A DNA stretch of 64,000 bases from Guillardia theta CCMP2712 (taxonomy: Eukaryota; Protista; Cryptophyta): contig NW_005434665.1 in NCBI RefSeq assembly GCF_000315625.1, positions 384,848-448,847 on the forward strand, in the 5' to 3' direction. Shown here piece after piece: positions 22,502-36,161 of the stretch. The position numbers were made by a program, and so were the translations under genes. Each line of letters begins with the position of its first letter. Within the stretch, counting starts at the first letter, position 1. The notes beneath the pieces are model-generated. The model saw nothing but the letters and a program-made list of their open reading frames with translations, did not search any database and was not told the DNA's origin.

Positions 22502-23056
22502 TGCAGATATCGTATCGTTTGTGTGAGCCAGGCTTATAGAAGTAGCCTCGGATCTTCAAGGCTTGGCATGTTGTCTTGATTAAGAGTGTAATACCGGGTG
22601 TGTAATGAAGCCTCTGAAGTGTGTCAAGACCTGCTCATCGCTGAGTGACAGTGCCGCGGTGCCACCGTGAGCTCGTCCGGCGGAGCCTGCGGGCCCTGAG
22701 GCCCACTGGAGTCCCCATAAGTGCACGAGCTACCAAGCTGCGGGCCCGCCTCAATTTTGAGGGATCATTGTTTGGGTTCCCGGCTCAAAAGGTTGAGCAA
22801 TACCCCAGGGGGTGGGGTGAGAGGTTCTTCACCCTCTACCGGGTCCTTTCCCTCTTCCGCATACGGTCATCCCGTCTCTCGGGGTACAGGTTGCCGATAG
22901 AGGGGGTACTGAGGGAGTCAGGTGGGGCAAAAGCTCTCCAAACTTCTACAAACAAGGTCACATTGCTCCTCTGCCTTCCTCCTCCTCGAGTCTCCCTGCC
23001 TGCCAGTGTCGATCCCTTCCTCCTTGTCCCCCTGCCTCCTACCTGTGTACTGCTCC

Positions 23057-23563
23057 ATGCAAGCCCCTCCTGCTACCCCCTCCATGGCCCGCAGCAAGCG
23101 TGACGCCATCTATCGCATCCTCGCTGAGATGAAGCAATACGGCATCAACATATCTGATCTGGAGGCGTGCCTATCTCACGGGGCGAGCTCGACGACCTCG
23201 GACATGGAGGATGCATGCTCGGTCCAGTACTGCTTTCCTGATGAAAATCTGCTCAAGCGGTCGCTGAAGCGGATGCGGGTATGTTTAGACTCTGAGGACG
23301 AAGTGTTCATCTTTGAGGATGAAAGCGAGGATGGCGAGGACGACAGTGAAGAGTCAAGCACAGCTTGTGCGCCGATCAGTACTGCGGCAGGAGATTTCCC
23401 GGTTGGACTCGAAAACGACGTCGAGCTGGTAGACACCTTCATGCGCCTCACCAACCGGCTCCGAGGCTGTTGCCAAGCGGAGCAGGTATCGCCTCGATGT
23501 CGGACAGGCCATCCAGTATCAGGTCTGCAAGCTGCAGTCTGTGTCATGGCAGGACAGCAATGA
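23057..23563 (+). pseudogene. Truncated, diverged third copy of the helicase gene (N-terminal part only)
   Basis: MQAPPATPSMARSKRDAIYRIL...VELVDTFMRL matches copies 1 and 2. After ~23450 nucleotide homology continues in a shifted frame and ends before motif I. Confidence 0.85.
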
Positions 23564-23980
23564 TCCATGAGGAGAAGTATCATGCCATGAGCGACTTGTG
23601 ATGATGGTTTGGTATGTTGTATGACTTTAGCAATAAATTCTGACGTCAGTGTCGCTGATCCGAAGTTTCAGAGAATGTATCGATCAAATGCATTCTTGTT
23701 CTCTCTTTTCAGATGTTTGTTAGCCTAGTAGGCTAAGAACAGGTATCCGAGTACTGCAGTCCATGATGACAGCCTGGCAGTGAAAGCAAATTTCTGGCAA
23801 TTTTCCTGCACTGAATTTTTCAAGGCTGGATTTTTCCAGGGGATTTTTTTTGTGGGATTTTTCCTGGATTTTTCTCCATCACATGGTCAGTGTGGGGATG
23901 CGGTGGCTGAGGGGGTTGTGGGTTTTTTGACTGGACCGTTTGGCTATGGCGCACAGAAGCGCCTTGGCGAGTGTGCCGTC

Positions 23981-26900
23981 ATGGCCTCGCAAGAGGCGGA
24001 GAGAGAGAGGAGGAGGAGAAAGCTAGAGGCAGACAAGGAAGATCAAGAAGATTTAAGATAGCCTTGATCTCTGTCAAACGAACATCATGAAGAAAAGTAT
24101 CACCGAATTAGTGGGGACGCCAGGAGCAGGGAAGAAGTTACAGTTGTTCCTTGGGGATGAGGCTTTTCCTAGGCCGCAAACCGCTCGGATACCTGATAAC
24201 AATGGCGAGCAAGATGAATTCGCGAAGCTGCGACGTCCTCGATCAGTCCCTTCTAAGACGCAGGAGAGTCGAGAGCAGCAGGAAGCAGAAACGCCAAAGG
24301 CGTTGGAGACGATCCTGGATGAGATGGAAGAGATGGAGAGGACGAGGGTCTCGCGAGAGGCAGCTTACAGGAGGCAGATGGATCAGAAGCGATTGCACCA
24401 GATGAAGCTCAACTCCTTGGACACTGCGTCCTCCTTGTTCTTCCGGCAAACTCAGTCTGGAGCCGGTAAAGATCAGGAGCTCTCGTTCGAGCACACGATA
24501 CGCATCTTGCAGCAGGTAGGTCTGGATCACTTCATGACGAGCGAGCAGATCGAGAAGATAGCGCAGATGGCACTTCCCGTCAAGAGCAACTCGTTCAACC
24601 GCAAGTCCTTCAGAAAGCTGCTGTTTTCGCTCGCAGAAGCCCTGCAGATCTCGTATGAATCCCTGGAGTCCATCCTCGCTCAGAGTACGATGGAGACGCC
24701 TCTCTTCTCTAGAGCTAGCTCCATCTCGACCCCGAGCATGAGGAAAGGGAGCTACGTCAGCATCCTCAACCAGCTCTTCACTCCTCTCGCTAAGGCCCAG
24801 CTCATAACCCCGACCCTCTCCCCCACCCAGTCGCATGCAAGACAGCAGCAGACCAAGACACCGGAAGAGGAAGTGTTTGACCTTGCTGTCGGGATCAAGC
24901 CGGCTCCTCCTCCTCGGGTGTGGCTTGCAAACTCGACCATCAACTGGCCTTTCCCCCCTCCACAAGGAGCTCTGATCCACAGCTCAGATCAGTTCCCTGT
25001 CTTTCGGAAGCACCTCAGGGAGCAGGGGAGCAAAGGAGCTGCAGTCCGGTACAGGAAGTTCAAGCCCAAGAAGAAGCCCGAGGATGTGATGAATGCTTCT
25101 TACTATAAGCCCAAGGGAGTCGGAGACTTCATGTGCCCCGTCTGCAGGAGGAATTTCATCAACGCGACTGTGCTGGACCAGCACATGCGAGGAAGCGCGC
25201 ATCAGGCATCGCTGCATGCGCGCAAAGAAGTGAAGAAGGAGGAGCAGGAAGCTGAGGACCAGCTGGACTCGTTCACCGTCCTGTCTTCGGGGAGGAGTAC
25301 GCCGGTGATGGGAGAAGAGCAGGAGAAGGCAGCAGTTGGGATCGAGCGGAAGCGGAATGAGACGACGTATAGGAGCGAGCGACATCACCTGAGCGAGTTT
25401 CCCTTCTGGTGGCAGGTGATCCGAGAGAAGCTGCTCTTCATGCTTCACTCCTCCTCCGCGGACGTGGAGGAGGTGATCTCGTCGTTTGTGGACGGGAGGG
25501 ACGGAGACTTGCCCGGGAACTTCCGAGGAGCGATTGTGAGGTACTTCGTCAGCTGTATAGAGAACGGCGCAGCCCCCAACTCCCTCTTCCTCCTCGACGA
25601 GAGCAACAACATCTGCACCGACAGGCTGAGACTGAAGGGATGCCTCTACCCCCGCCTCAAGTCAGCGCAGTCGTTGTCTCTCTTCCTGCTCTCCTCCTGC
25701 TGGATCCGTGAGCTGGTCCTCACCGACAACGACCTCAAGGCGTCAGGGACCCACGATCTCTGCATAGCGCTCAGAGCCAGCGCAAATCCGCTGGAGGTGC
25801 TGCTGCTGGGGAAAAACAACATCCAGAATGACGCTCTGCTGTCCTCCCACTACCCGCCGACGGACTGGTCCAAGGTGGACTACCTCAACAGCGCCCAGGA
25901 GTTGAGCGCGAGGAAGAAGGAAGAGGCGGAGGAGGGCGAGAAGAGTCCTCGGAAGGAGGGGAGAGACGCTGCTGCAGAGATCGCTCTCCTCCTGCAGGAG
26001 AAGGGGATCAAGGTGCTGGACTTGTCCCACAACGGAATGTCGCACGAGAGCATCGCGATCATAGCCATGTCGGCCTCACGTTCCACCAGCCTGACTAGTT
26101 TGGACCTCTCCTACAACATCTCCTCCATCCCCACCCTCGCTGTGGAGAAATTTTTCGCATCCTCCATGGAGCGACTGATCCTGAGCAGCAAGAGCCTCTG
26201 CGAGCTCAACTTGTGCTGGAACAAGATCGGAGGGATGGCGGCGGAGAGGATTGCAGAAAGCTTGTACTACAACCCGACCCTTGCCTCATGCAACTTCGCC
26301 TGGAACTCCTTTGGGAGGAAGGACGTGATAAAAAAGCTCTCCTCCTCTCTGGTAGGAAACGATCAGTCTCGCTGCCGCCTCTCCTTCCTCGACTTGTCCT
26401 ACAACGACGTCGACGTTGAGAGCGCTACCATCCTTGCAGACGGCCTGGAAAGGAACAATACCCTGACCCGCGTCGTGCTCGACGGTAACCCGATGAAGGC
26501 CAGCGGGGCCCGATCACTGCAGGTCTTCACCTCCTCACCGTCACTTCTACCACTTTAATTACTGTCCTTCCTTCGCCTCTAACTCTATCTCCTCGTTTTC
26601 TCGTGCTCCTCCCAGCTTCCAGCTTCCTCCTCCTCTCTTTCTTTTGCTTTCACCTAACCTCCATCCGATGTCTTCCCTCCCTCTCCCTGCTCTCTTCCAC
26701 TCTTCTCTTGGCCTTCTCTCCCCCTCGCTACCCTTCGCAATTCTTTGCCTCCCCCTTCCGTCATCTCATGCACGGAGCAGAGAGCTTGTGTTCGAGTCGA
26801 CCACTCCATCTCCGTCTCGATGCAACGATGTGCAGTTGAGGTCAGAGTCCAGAAAGCATTTCGTGCGCTTTTAACACATGCAGCAGATGATCGATGCGAC

Positions 26901-28432
26901 TTTCTTTGACGCAGATGAGCCGCAAGGTGACGGGAGAGAAGAGGAAGAGACGAGACGAGACGAGCAGCAGGGAGCAGAGGGAGAGGAGGAGGAGACGACA
27001 GAGCTCCAGAGGGGAGCATAGCAGGGAGGAGGGCAAGGAATGGGATGTGGAAAGGAAATTCATGTAATTCCATCTCAGGTCCATACAAGCTTGACATGTC
27101 AAAAGAATATTCAAGAAAGGTGTACTTGAGAATCTGACAAGAAGCACTTCTCTTCTCCTCCATTTTCCTTCCCCCACTCTTTTCATCTCACGTCGTCCAA
27201 TCAGGTTTTGAAGTCTCTCCTCAAGCTCCAGATGCAGAAGGCAGGCAGCGTAAGTTCCTCCTCCTCGTTGTTCGTTTCCTCACTCCTGATGAAACAAGTT
27301 CTGTCCGGGAATGCTCCTCAACGACAAACCGTACAAGCTGGACACCGGAAGAGCCTCACAAAGTGACTTGTACGAGACAAGCGAAGGTGAGGGAGGGAGG
27401 GAGGGAGGGAGGGAGGGAGGGAGGGAGGGAGGGAGGGAGGGAGGGAGGGAGGATACTTGCCTTTCTACCTTCTCATTTCACTGCAGAAGGTCAGAAGAAC
27501 AAGAGCTCCATGCCCACTAGCGGCATCCTCACCTTCGAGGTGATGCTCGATCCTCTTCCCCTCCACGTTTGCTTCCGACTTTGATAACCTCGGAATGCAT
27601 ATCAACCCTGCCCCCCCCCCCCCTCTCTCTTTCCCCTCCCTCGCTCCCTCGCTCCCTCCCACTTTCTCCCTCTCTCCCTCTCATCTTCAACCCTGTCTGC
27701 TTCCTCTCTCTCTCTCTCCTCCCCTCCCCCCATCCCTTCCACCTGTCACGCTCAGCTGCTGCAGTTTGCGAGCTACAGGAAGCCTCCTGCTGGTCGTCAC
27801 TTTGGCGACGTCAACACAGCTGGGGATCAGCTGCAGCAGGCGTCGATGCTGAAACTTTGCGACTTCTTCGACGGCAGGAAGTCGCTGGAGGTTCCCGTCG
27901 CTTCCTTCCAGCCTTCGCCTCATGCATGTGCTGCAGGAGACGAAGGAGCTGCTGGAAGCTCTTCTCAAGGGGTACTGCCTCCCTCCCTCCCTCCCTCCCT
28001 TCCTCATTCCTCTTCCCTCCCTTCCTCATTCCTCCTCCCTCCCTCCTGCCTTCCTCCTGCCTCCTTCCCTCTTCCCTTCGCTTCTTTCTCCGTCCCCTTT
28101 CTGCTGCTCCCCACCGACAGCACTCGCAACAGGGTCTACCTCAGCGCAGCTCAAGCTGCGAAACTCCTAGGACTGCTGTCGGACTCCGAGACCAGGTCCC
28201 ACCCTCCCCTTGCTCTTCTTCGTCCCCTGCTCCCGCGCCTTCTGCTTCTTGCATCCTCCCCAGTCTCCTTCTGGCAAGCTCACCCTCCCCTTTTGCTTCC
28301 TCCTACCGATCTCGAACGTTCTCTGAATCCTCCCCCAGGGTTTACTTCGCCTGCTTCGCGTTCCTCCATATCTCCGACAGCGCACAATCCTCTCTGCTGA
28401 CCAATGAGCTCACAGGGGTACCACGTCCTCGT

Positions 28433-28464
<32 letters not shown>

Positions 28465-29251
28465 ACTCCCTCTCTCCGTCGCCCACCTCCTCTCCCCATG
28501 CCAATCTTCCTCTTCCTGCTCGCTCCTCCTTCCATCTGACTCCTTGCTCTTGAAAGCTTCATCCCCTGTCCTGCTCCGTCCCTCTTGTTTCTCACCTCTC
28601 CACTGACTCTTTTCGCCCATCAGTTCGAGGCGATTCGTTTCGCCATCAGGATCGGGAAGAAGCGACTAGAATTCACACGTGAGCTGAATCATCTTCATGC
28701 TGAGCATGTGATGACGTCGAGTTCTCGCTCTCCTTCCCCTCTTGCTTCCCCTCCTCCTGCTCCCTCTCCTCTTTCTGCTCCTCCTCCTCCGTCTCTCCTC
28801 CTCCTCCTTCCCCTCCTCCTCCTCCTTCCCCTCCTCCTTCCCCTCCTCCTCACTCTCCTTCTCTCTCTCCTCTTCCTCCTGCAGCAAACAACCCAACAGG
28901 GCATTATTCCCTCCACCTGGACAGACCGCAGGATCGAGTGAGATGCTTCATGTCCTTCTTAATCTGCACATTCTGCTGTGACTTTCTCTTTCCATCTGAT
29001 CGTCTGTTTTCCTGGCAGGCGATAGCACTTGATCTGATCTACTTCAAGAATCTCGTTCGCCTGAAAAGCTTGCAACCTGTTCTTGACTGTGAGGCAGGAG
29101 ATGACGTTCGAGGACGAAGAGTTCAAGAAGTCGAAGACGAAGAAAGGGGGGGAGCGAGTCAATTTTGATCGCGTGTGGAGGAACTGTTATTACAACCACA
29201 AGGTTGTAAACGAAATCTCGATTTGACGCTGTTGTGGTTGACAAGAACGTT

Positions 29252-29322
<71 letters not shown>

Positions 29323-31270
29323 TGTTGATGATGATGATAATGTTGCTGCTGTTGATGATGATGATGATGATGATGTTCATGACGACGGTGACATTTTACT
29401 CTTTTGATCAGCGGCATTTATACTCAAACACTTGGAAGCTTCCGAATGAGGGAGTCCTCGAGCTTGATTTCGTACAGGTGGGTAAAATCTATCACCATTG
29501 AAACTTTCTGACATCTGGAGCAGATCAGCAGGCCCAACAAACCTGTTGCAGTCATCAGCAATGAAATGGTTGTGAGTCTGTGTGGTGATGGATGGGGAAC
29601 ACAGAAGGTTTGTTTCTCTCCCCCTCATCCCTCTCGTTCACTTCATCCCCTCTGTCCTCAACCTCTCGTCTCGTCTCGTCTCGTCTCGTCTCGTCTCGTC
29701 TCGTCTCGTCTCGTCTCGTCTCCTCTCCTCTCCTCTCCTCTCCTCTCCTCTCCTCTCCTCCCCACTCTCTTCCTAGCTTTCCCTTCCTTCTTGGCTCCTT
29801 TCAACATGTTCAAGTTCTGACCTCACTGTTCACAGTCTCCTGAAGAGATTCTGACAGAAGTGAGAAAGTCCTCCAACTTGTACTTCTTCACTTGCAAGCA
29901 GGCAAGCAACGATCACTTGCGTCTTCGTCGACTCACGGAAGATCTTTTGATAATGAAGATCCTCTACATCATCTTGCAGATCACCAAACTCATGGCCCTG
30001 AGGCAGAAGATCAAGAAGAAGTCGGCTGAAACATCTTCGACTGCAAAGCTTCTCTCATGTTGTGATCAGGTTGGACAAGAGCGAAATCATATCCCGATGG
30101 TCGAACAGGTCAATGTTAACACCAACCTTCCCTCCTCGCTCCTCTCTTTCCTCTTTTCTTCTCTCTCCTCTCTCTCGTCTGTAGTGTCTCCTCTCACCTT
30201 CCTCCCTCCTCCCTCTTCTCTCCTCCTTGCTCCCTCCATCCTTCTCCCTCCTCCCTCCTCCCTCTCATCTCATACCTTATATCTCATCCCTCACGTCCAG
30301 CATCTCTCGCATCTGATCTCATCAAGTCAGACGGCTCTCTACATCCTTCACGTCATGGCGCATGGGGATTATCCTCAACCTCAACCGCCTCCCGTCCCTG
30401 CGGGAAGTTGGGATCCAGGAAGGAAAATCTCCCATCAGGGTGAGCAGACGCTCCTCAGTGCAGGAGCAGTAGGCTGCAAGTCTGACACATCAAGAGCAGG
30501 TAGAACTCTGTGTTATCGTCTTTGCAAGGGTCGTGGATTGGAACGGCTTCAGGCCTCTCATCCTGGAAAAACTCACCAGCATCGAGCAGAGGAAAGTCTT
30601 GCTGCACTCCCGATCCCTCCGTAGCTCAACCTGCTGCGAACAGGGAGCTGGAGAACAGGATCGGGGCTTACAACTTGTTCAACGAGAACGTGGCTGTCGG
30701 TATTGCACGATCTGCCGCCACCGTTGCAATGTGAATATGTTTGTCGCAGGGAAATACGAGCTCGATTTAGAAGACGTCGAGTAAGAGAAATCATTCTTTC
30801 TCTTCCTTCTCTTCTTGTCAAATCCCTCCTGCCAAATTCTTGCCCTCCCCTTCCCTCTCCTCCTTCCCCTTCTGTTGCTGCTGCTGCTGCTGCTGCTCCA
30901 CCACCATCACCATCACCATCACCATCACCTGCTCTCCTCTCCACCCCCCCTTGCCGTGCTTCTTGTTCAACTTCTTCTCTCAGACATCGTCGTATCATGC
31001 AAGATTTGAAACATCTCGGAGAACGAGAAAGCGGGAAAGTCAGTCAACACCGAACTCCCTTTCACTTCACCGATGACTCCCCTCCCCTCCCCTTGACTCT
31101 CCTAAAACCCTCGTCTCTCCCCGTCGTATCTTCCTCCTCCCACCCTCCCCCTCCTCCCCCTCCCTCCTCACCTGATCCCTCAGAGCTTCGTCGACGTCCA
31201 GTTCAACGAGAAGATGGACTTTCCCTTGCCGCCCTCCTGGAATCTCGACATCCCCAAGAAGTACCTCGCC

Positions 31271-31307
<37 letters not shown>

Positions 31308-32137
31308 TTCCTCTTCTCACTCGTCTCGCAGAGGAAAGCTGATTTTCTTCTTCTGCCGTGAGAGCGAGACCGTCAATCGCATCACCGACTCCTTCGCTGA
31401 TTCTCCCTGCTGGCCCCCGAAGTACCAGGAGAGAACAGGTCCCCGTTCTCCCTCCTTCCTCCTCCTCCCCCGTCTTCCCTCCTTCCTTCCCTTCCTCCCT
31501 CTTCCTCTGATCCCTCTCTCTATCTCCATCCCTCTCTCTACCTCCCTCCCTCTCTCTACCTCCCTCCCTCTCTCTACCTCCCTCCCTCTCTCTACCTCCC
31601 TCCCTCTCTCTACCTCCCTCCCTCTCTCCACCTCCCTCCCTCTCTACCTCCCTCCCTCTCTCCCTCCTCCTCCTCTCTCCCTCCTCCTCCACTCTCCTCC
31701 CGCCAGCATTCTCATGTGAAGGAAACAGGACACGAGTGGGTCAAGCACATGCGCCTGCGGATCATCAAGAGCAAGTTGACGGAGAAGTTCGAGTCAGCCC
31801 TCGACGCCTTCTCCAAGATCGACAAGTGAAGGCGGGCGAGGAGAGGCAGCGGCCATGACCGTGACGTCTACAGGGACGGAGGAGGAACGCTCGAGAGGAC
31901 GGAGATCGCTGTCGGGCTGTTCCGTCTCGGCATCTGGCTCTCCCCGATAGAGGTAGCGGGTTCTTCTCGGGGCCTCCTCCTCCTCACCTCTCCTGCCAGA
32001 TCGAAGCATTGATGAACGTGCTCGACGAGGACCAGGGCGGTGACGTCAGCTTCCAGGAGTGGTATCGCTTCTGGAAGCTCAACATCGACCTGGACACGGG
32101 AACCCTCCGAGCTGACGATGTGGTGGAAGACTTGTAG
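23981..32137 (+). CDS. Large multi-exon RI-like leucine-rich-repeat protein with C2H2 zinc finger and C-terminal EF-hand-like motif
   Basis: CPVCRRNF...LDQHMRGSAH; LRRs LDLSHN, LDLSYN, LNLCWN and LDGNP; later exons (GPYKLDM, GKYELDL, LDEDQGGDVSFQEW) separated by microsatellite-rich introns. Exon map approximate. Confidence 0.7.
29252..29374. repeat. (TAG)n then (GAT)n microsatellites, intronic
   Basis: Directly visible. Confidence 0.95.
29663..29760. repeat. (TCTCG)n grading into (TCTCC)n pentamer repeat, intronic
   Basis: Directly visible. Confidence 0.9.
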
Positions 32138-32845
32138 CGATATGTGAATAAGTGGCGAAGGAAACGGTCAAAATGTAGTTGATGATGAACTAGTAAGAGA
32201 TGTGAGATCTGCCGCGCGCGTCACTGTGACTGCTGCTGTGACTGACGGTTCAGCCTGCTGGTCCGCCGGGCCCGGGGTCCTGCCATCACTGTTTAACGGC
32301 CGGCAGTGGATGAACTTGTGACTCAGTCAGCCTGTCAGACCAGACTGAGTCGGCCTCGGCCCGGGACTCGCCGAGCCGCCCCGGACAGCCCCCGGTCACT
32401 TAAGTGATCGGATTGCCTCTGATTCAAGTAGAGGTGGGGTCACTTGGTTACCCCTACTATTTCCACAAAATATCGTCATTTTCACAAGTGGGTGATGACC
32501 CCTACCCTTGGCATGGATGGACCCATCACACCCCACATTAACTACTAAATCCTATGGGTGGGTGGTCTGTCCCTTCGCAGCAGGCGCGACGCGACGATGG
32601 TTCAGGTGATGCAAGTGGCGAAAAGCTGAAGAGGCGGACAGGGAGGGAGGGAGGGAGGGAGGGAGGGAGGGAGAGAAGAGAAGAGAGGGAGGAAGATAGT
32701 TTGCAGGAGAGAGAAGAGCTACAAGGTTGTGCCAACCAAGCAATAGACACTTCGATTTACATTCAACTCACGTTCTCTGCAGCTTGAAAGGTCTGAACCA
32801 CCCGAGCCGACCAAGGCATCCCCGCCTGGCAAATTCACGGCAAGG

Positions 32846-34610
32846 ATGAAGTATGCAGCTGTATTCGCAGCAGCATGCTTCGCTATTGCAGGGGTTGTCC
32901 TCTTGCAGAAGAATCAAGCGACTGAGGTGATATCAACTTTGCTAGTTGCGGGAGGGAGGATTCTTACATGTTCTTTATAAGCTCTTTGGTGTTGATGCCA
33001 TCATGCCGATGGATGGAAGCGAGGGATCGCAGGTCTATGGTCCTGTGATGATCGCCCCAGACAGAAACGTTCGTCATGCTCTCTCAGAAAGAATGACATA
33101 CGGACTCGATCAGCAGAGAGGGGGCTCTGCGGACGCTTCCATCAGTAGTTTGGGTCAGCACGCCGCTGCGCTCCTTCATTCTCCTGCAAGCTTGAAGGCC
33201 TTGAAGGCATACCGAGAAAAGATGCAAGGCACTTCACACTTGAAGCAGAGCATGCCAAGGAACCTGGTTCAGATTTCAGGAAGCGAGGAGAGCAGCTGGC
33301 ATCCCGGAAGGTACTCCAGCGCCCGAGGAAGTGGATACTCGCTTCTGAACTCAAGGGCGACGAAGAACGCTCTCCGTGAGCTGCAGTTGCACGAGGCTGG
33401 GGCCAGGGGGCATTCTCACTCCGACGCCATGGACACCAAGGGACGTGAAGCGCTTCTGTCAACTAAGTTGAGGAACAACGCCGGGTTCACTTACATCCGC
33501 AGCCGCAAGCAGGCCTTGGAAGCCTACAAGGATCTGATGGAAGAACGGCTTCAGCAAGGGCCAACGGAAAGCGCGGACGAACTGTCCGGCATGAAGATGG
33601 CCAGGAAGGAAAGAATCCGACGGGAATCAGAAGGGCATGGGAGACGATTCGCTGCCAGGTTGACGCAGGACTCGAACAGCCTGCAAGACCTCAAGACTGA
33701 GATCGACTTGAAAGAGACGGACCTCCACAGTATTGAGAATGAAGAGCGTGCAAGGAGAATGGAGGCGTCCGACCTTCAGGGCCATGCCTTGAGTCTCGAG
33801 AGGGAGGAGATGCAGGATTTCAGTGCTGCCGAGATGTCGCGCCGCAAGACTCTGCGCGAAGCCCTGGAGCTGCTGCATGACAAGAAGCGCGCACGTCACC
33901 TTGAGACTGAGATCTCGTACGAGAAGAAGCGTGCCGACGAGCTGAAGCAAGAGGCCAAACACCTTCAACGAATGAGCGAGGAGCGCAAGAAGAAGTTCGA
34001 TGAGATGGCTGGCCCGGTCAAGAAGGCGCAAGAGGACGTTCACCGTGCTAATCAGGCCTACAACGCTGTCGAGCTGAAGCTCGCAGGAGCTGAGACCACT
34101 GCCGAGAGCCTTGCAAACAAACCGAAGCTTGCCCAGCAGGCCATGGCGCGCATCCAGAAGCTGCAACGAGAAAGCGAGAGGATGCAGGACCTTGTAAAGA
34201 CTGCTACTGGGCGACTGAGAAGTTTGGAGAGCGAGAAGGGGGCTGAATCTTTTACAGACGGGATCGACTCTCACTTCTTCTCCTCGAAGAAGCGATCGAT
34301 CGACAAACTTCAAAAGGCGGAGAAGATTTCCCAGCGGGAGGACATTCTGAGGGTGCAGAGAGACCGTATCATGAGGAGAGTCAACTCGAAACTCCCTGAG
34401 CTCGAGAAGAAAATTCACCACTCGAAAGAGCTCCACTCGGACTATTTGAAGCTGCACAACTTGGCTGTGAAGGCCCAGCTGAAGGCGGATAAAGCCAAGC
34501 AGCAAGACTGGAGATTGCAGCATAAGATGGCGGCAGACAGGAAGGAACTCGACGAGATCAAGAGGGAGATTGAAAGCTACAAGCGTCAGTACAACAGGTT
34601 AAGCCAATAG
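32846..34610 (+). CDS. Signal-peptide coiled-coil protein of unknown function
   Basis: Exon 1 MKYAAVFAAACFAIAGVVLLQKNQATE, intron 32927-32981, in frame with ORF 32946-34610 (E/K/R-rich heptads). Confidence 0.7.
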
Positions 34611-34783
34611 AATCTACTCGAGCAGTGATGTTGGCGGAGCTCGAAACTTTGTCACGTGGCTGAAAGTGTCATATTTAAACTAGCTCATTTGATAAAACTC
34701 AATGTTTTTACAGTATTGATACATCGAAAACATATGTGATCAACAAGTCCCAGTAGTCGCGCTGCCTTCTGCTGTCCTGCCAT

Positions 34784-36161
34784 TCACTTGACGAAACCTG
34801 GTGGAGGTGCAAGCAGCTCTTGCAGGTGCTTCGTCTGTGCTTTGTACCTGAAAACTCGTGAGTAACGTGCCACAGTCGAGGCGATCATTGATTACGTGTC
34901 TTTCAACGACTTGATTTCTTGATGATGTTTGATTTTCATCTAGAGCTGTGGTGAGCAGAAGGAAGATCGTCAAATTGACTTACCTGCTGCCATTTCTCTT
35001 CTTCCTTCGAGTCGATGGTTTCAGCTCTCTCCTACTCAGCGCTCACTTCGCCCTCACACCTCAACTACATCCTCACCGTCTGATCATGAAGCGCGTGTCT
35101 CAGCTCTTCGCACTCGTTGGTGAGGTTCTTCGTCTGATGCAACAGTTCGTTTCTCTGCTCCTCTCCTGTCACGGCTTTCCGCACAGCAAAAGCCAGGCTG
35201 CTCTCGTACAGGGACTGATATGCTGCAATCCTCATTCCTGTGAGCATGTCTCAGGCTTATCCCAAGGGACTAGTTCGCTCATACTCGCTTCGTCACGCAA
35301 CCTCAGGAACAGAAGTCCTCTCTCTGGGCAATCTATCGTTACTTGTCGGATCAACTCATCTGACCTCCATGTCATCAAGTCGCCTTCACGAGGCTATAGG
35401 ATACCGAAACACTGGGCATAGATCTCTTCACGGATAGTGCATATCCCATGCTCCCTCGCTCCTCGCAGTTTCAGTCGCTGATCAAGCCTTTCCTGATGGG
35501 AGGACAGCGTCAGCATCGCAGTCACTCGCGGCAGACACAAGACGAACAGCTAGTCTAATTGCGTCCGATCTTGTTGGCATCTGAGTGGAAACGTACTGAA
35601 CCCACAGCTCTCCTCCTTCTGTCCATTCTCTGTGTGCAGAAGTCAAGCTCACGACATGTTCAGGCTTCGATTACCGTGGGGGCAAGATAGCATTCAAGAT
35701 GTCTTCTGTTTGTACTGATTTTGCCTTCGGATCAGCTGCAGCGTTGCTCTTCTTGCTCTTCGTCTGATGAGGTCGTCATTTCAGCATAATGCTGACAGCT
35801 TGATAGCACATATGCTATCAATAGAACTCGTTTTTCAACTCCTACAAGACCAAGGAACATATCGCTCATGACATTCAAAGCTGATATAGTCACTATCACG
35901 CGCTTGTTTATGGTTTGTATTTTCCAAATCGCCTCATTTCTTGTCAGATTCGCAAGATTATATGATCGTCCTCCTCTCCGTTTCCGTTTCCCTCTTCTCC
36001 ACTACGCCCTTCCCTCCAGAATCGCTCTCTCCCGTCCTCGTGTTCCCGTCTTCCTGTTCTCTCCTCTTCCTCCTCCTCCTCCCCTCTCTCTCTCCTCTCA
36101 CCTTCCCTGTCACCTTCTCCGCTTCCTCGTACTTCACCAGCGACTCCACCGGAGGCATCAT
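34784..36161 (-). CDS. DNALI1: Axonemal inner-arm dynein light intermediate chain p28
   Basis: MMPPVESLVKY; QTEDILNAILPPR; EWTE...WVQYVS; DELIRQVTIDCPERGLL; IAAYQSLYESSLAFAVRKA. Confidence 0.88.

Larger units (their letters stand above)
15402..22667 (+). repeat. Tandem segmental duplication (units ~15402-19145 and ~19181-22667); core 16179-19120 vs 19704-22648 near-identical
   Basis: Core offset is 3525, becoming 3528 after a TGA insertion at 21051. The two proteins differ only by Q>LK and one M>T. Confidence 0.95.

Noticed and set aside
26540-31720. Many Pro/Ser/Leu- or Gly/Arg/Glu-rich ORFs
   Set aside because: Read-through of CT-rich intronic microsatellites in the LRR gene.
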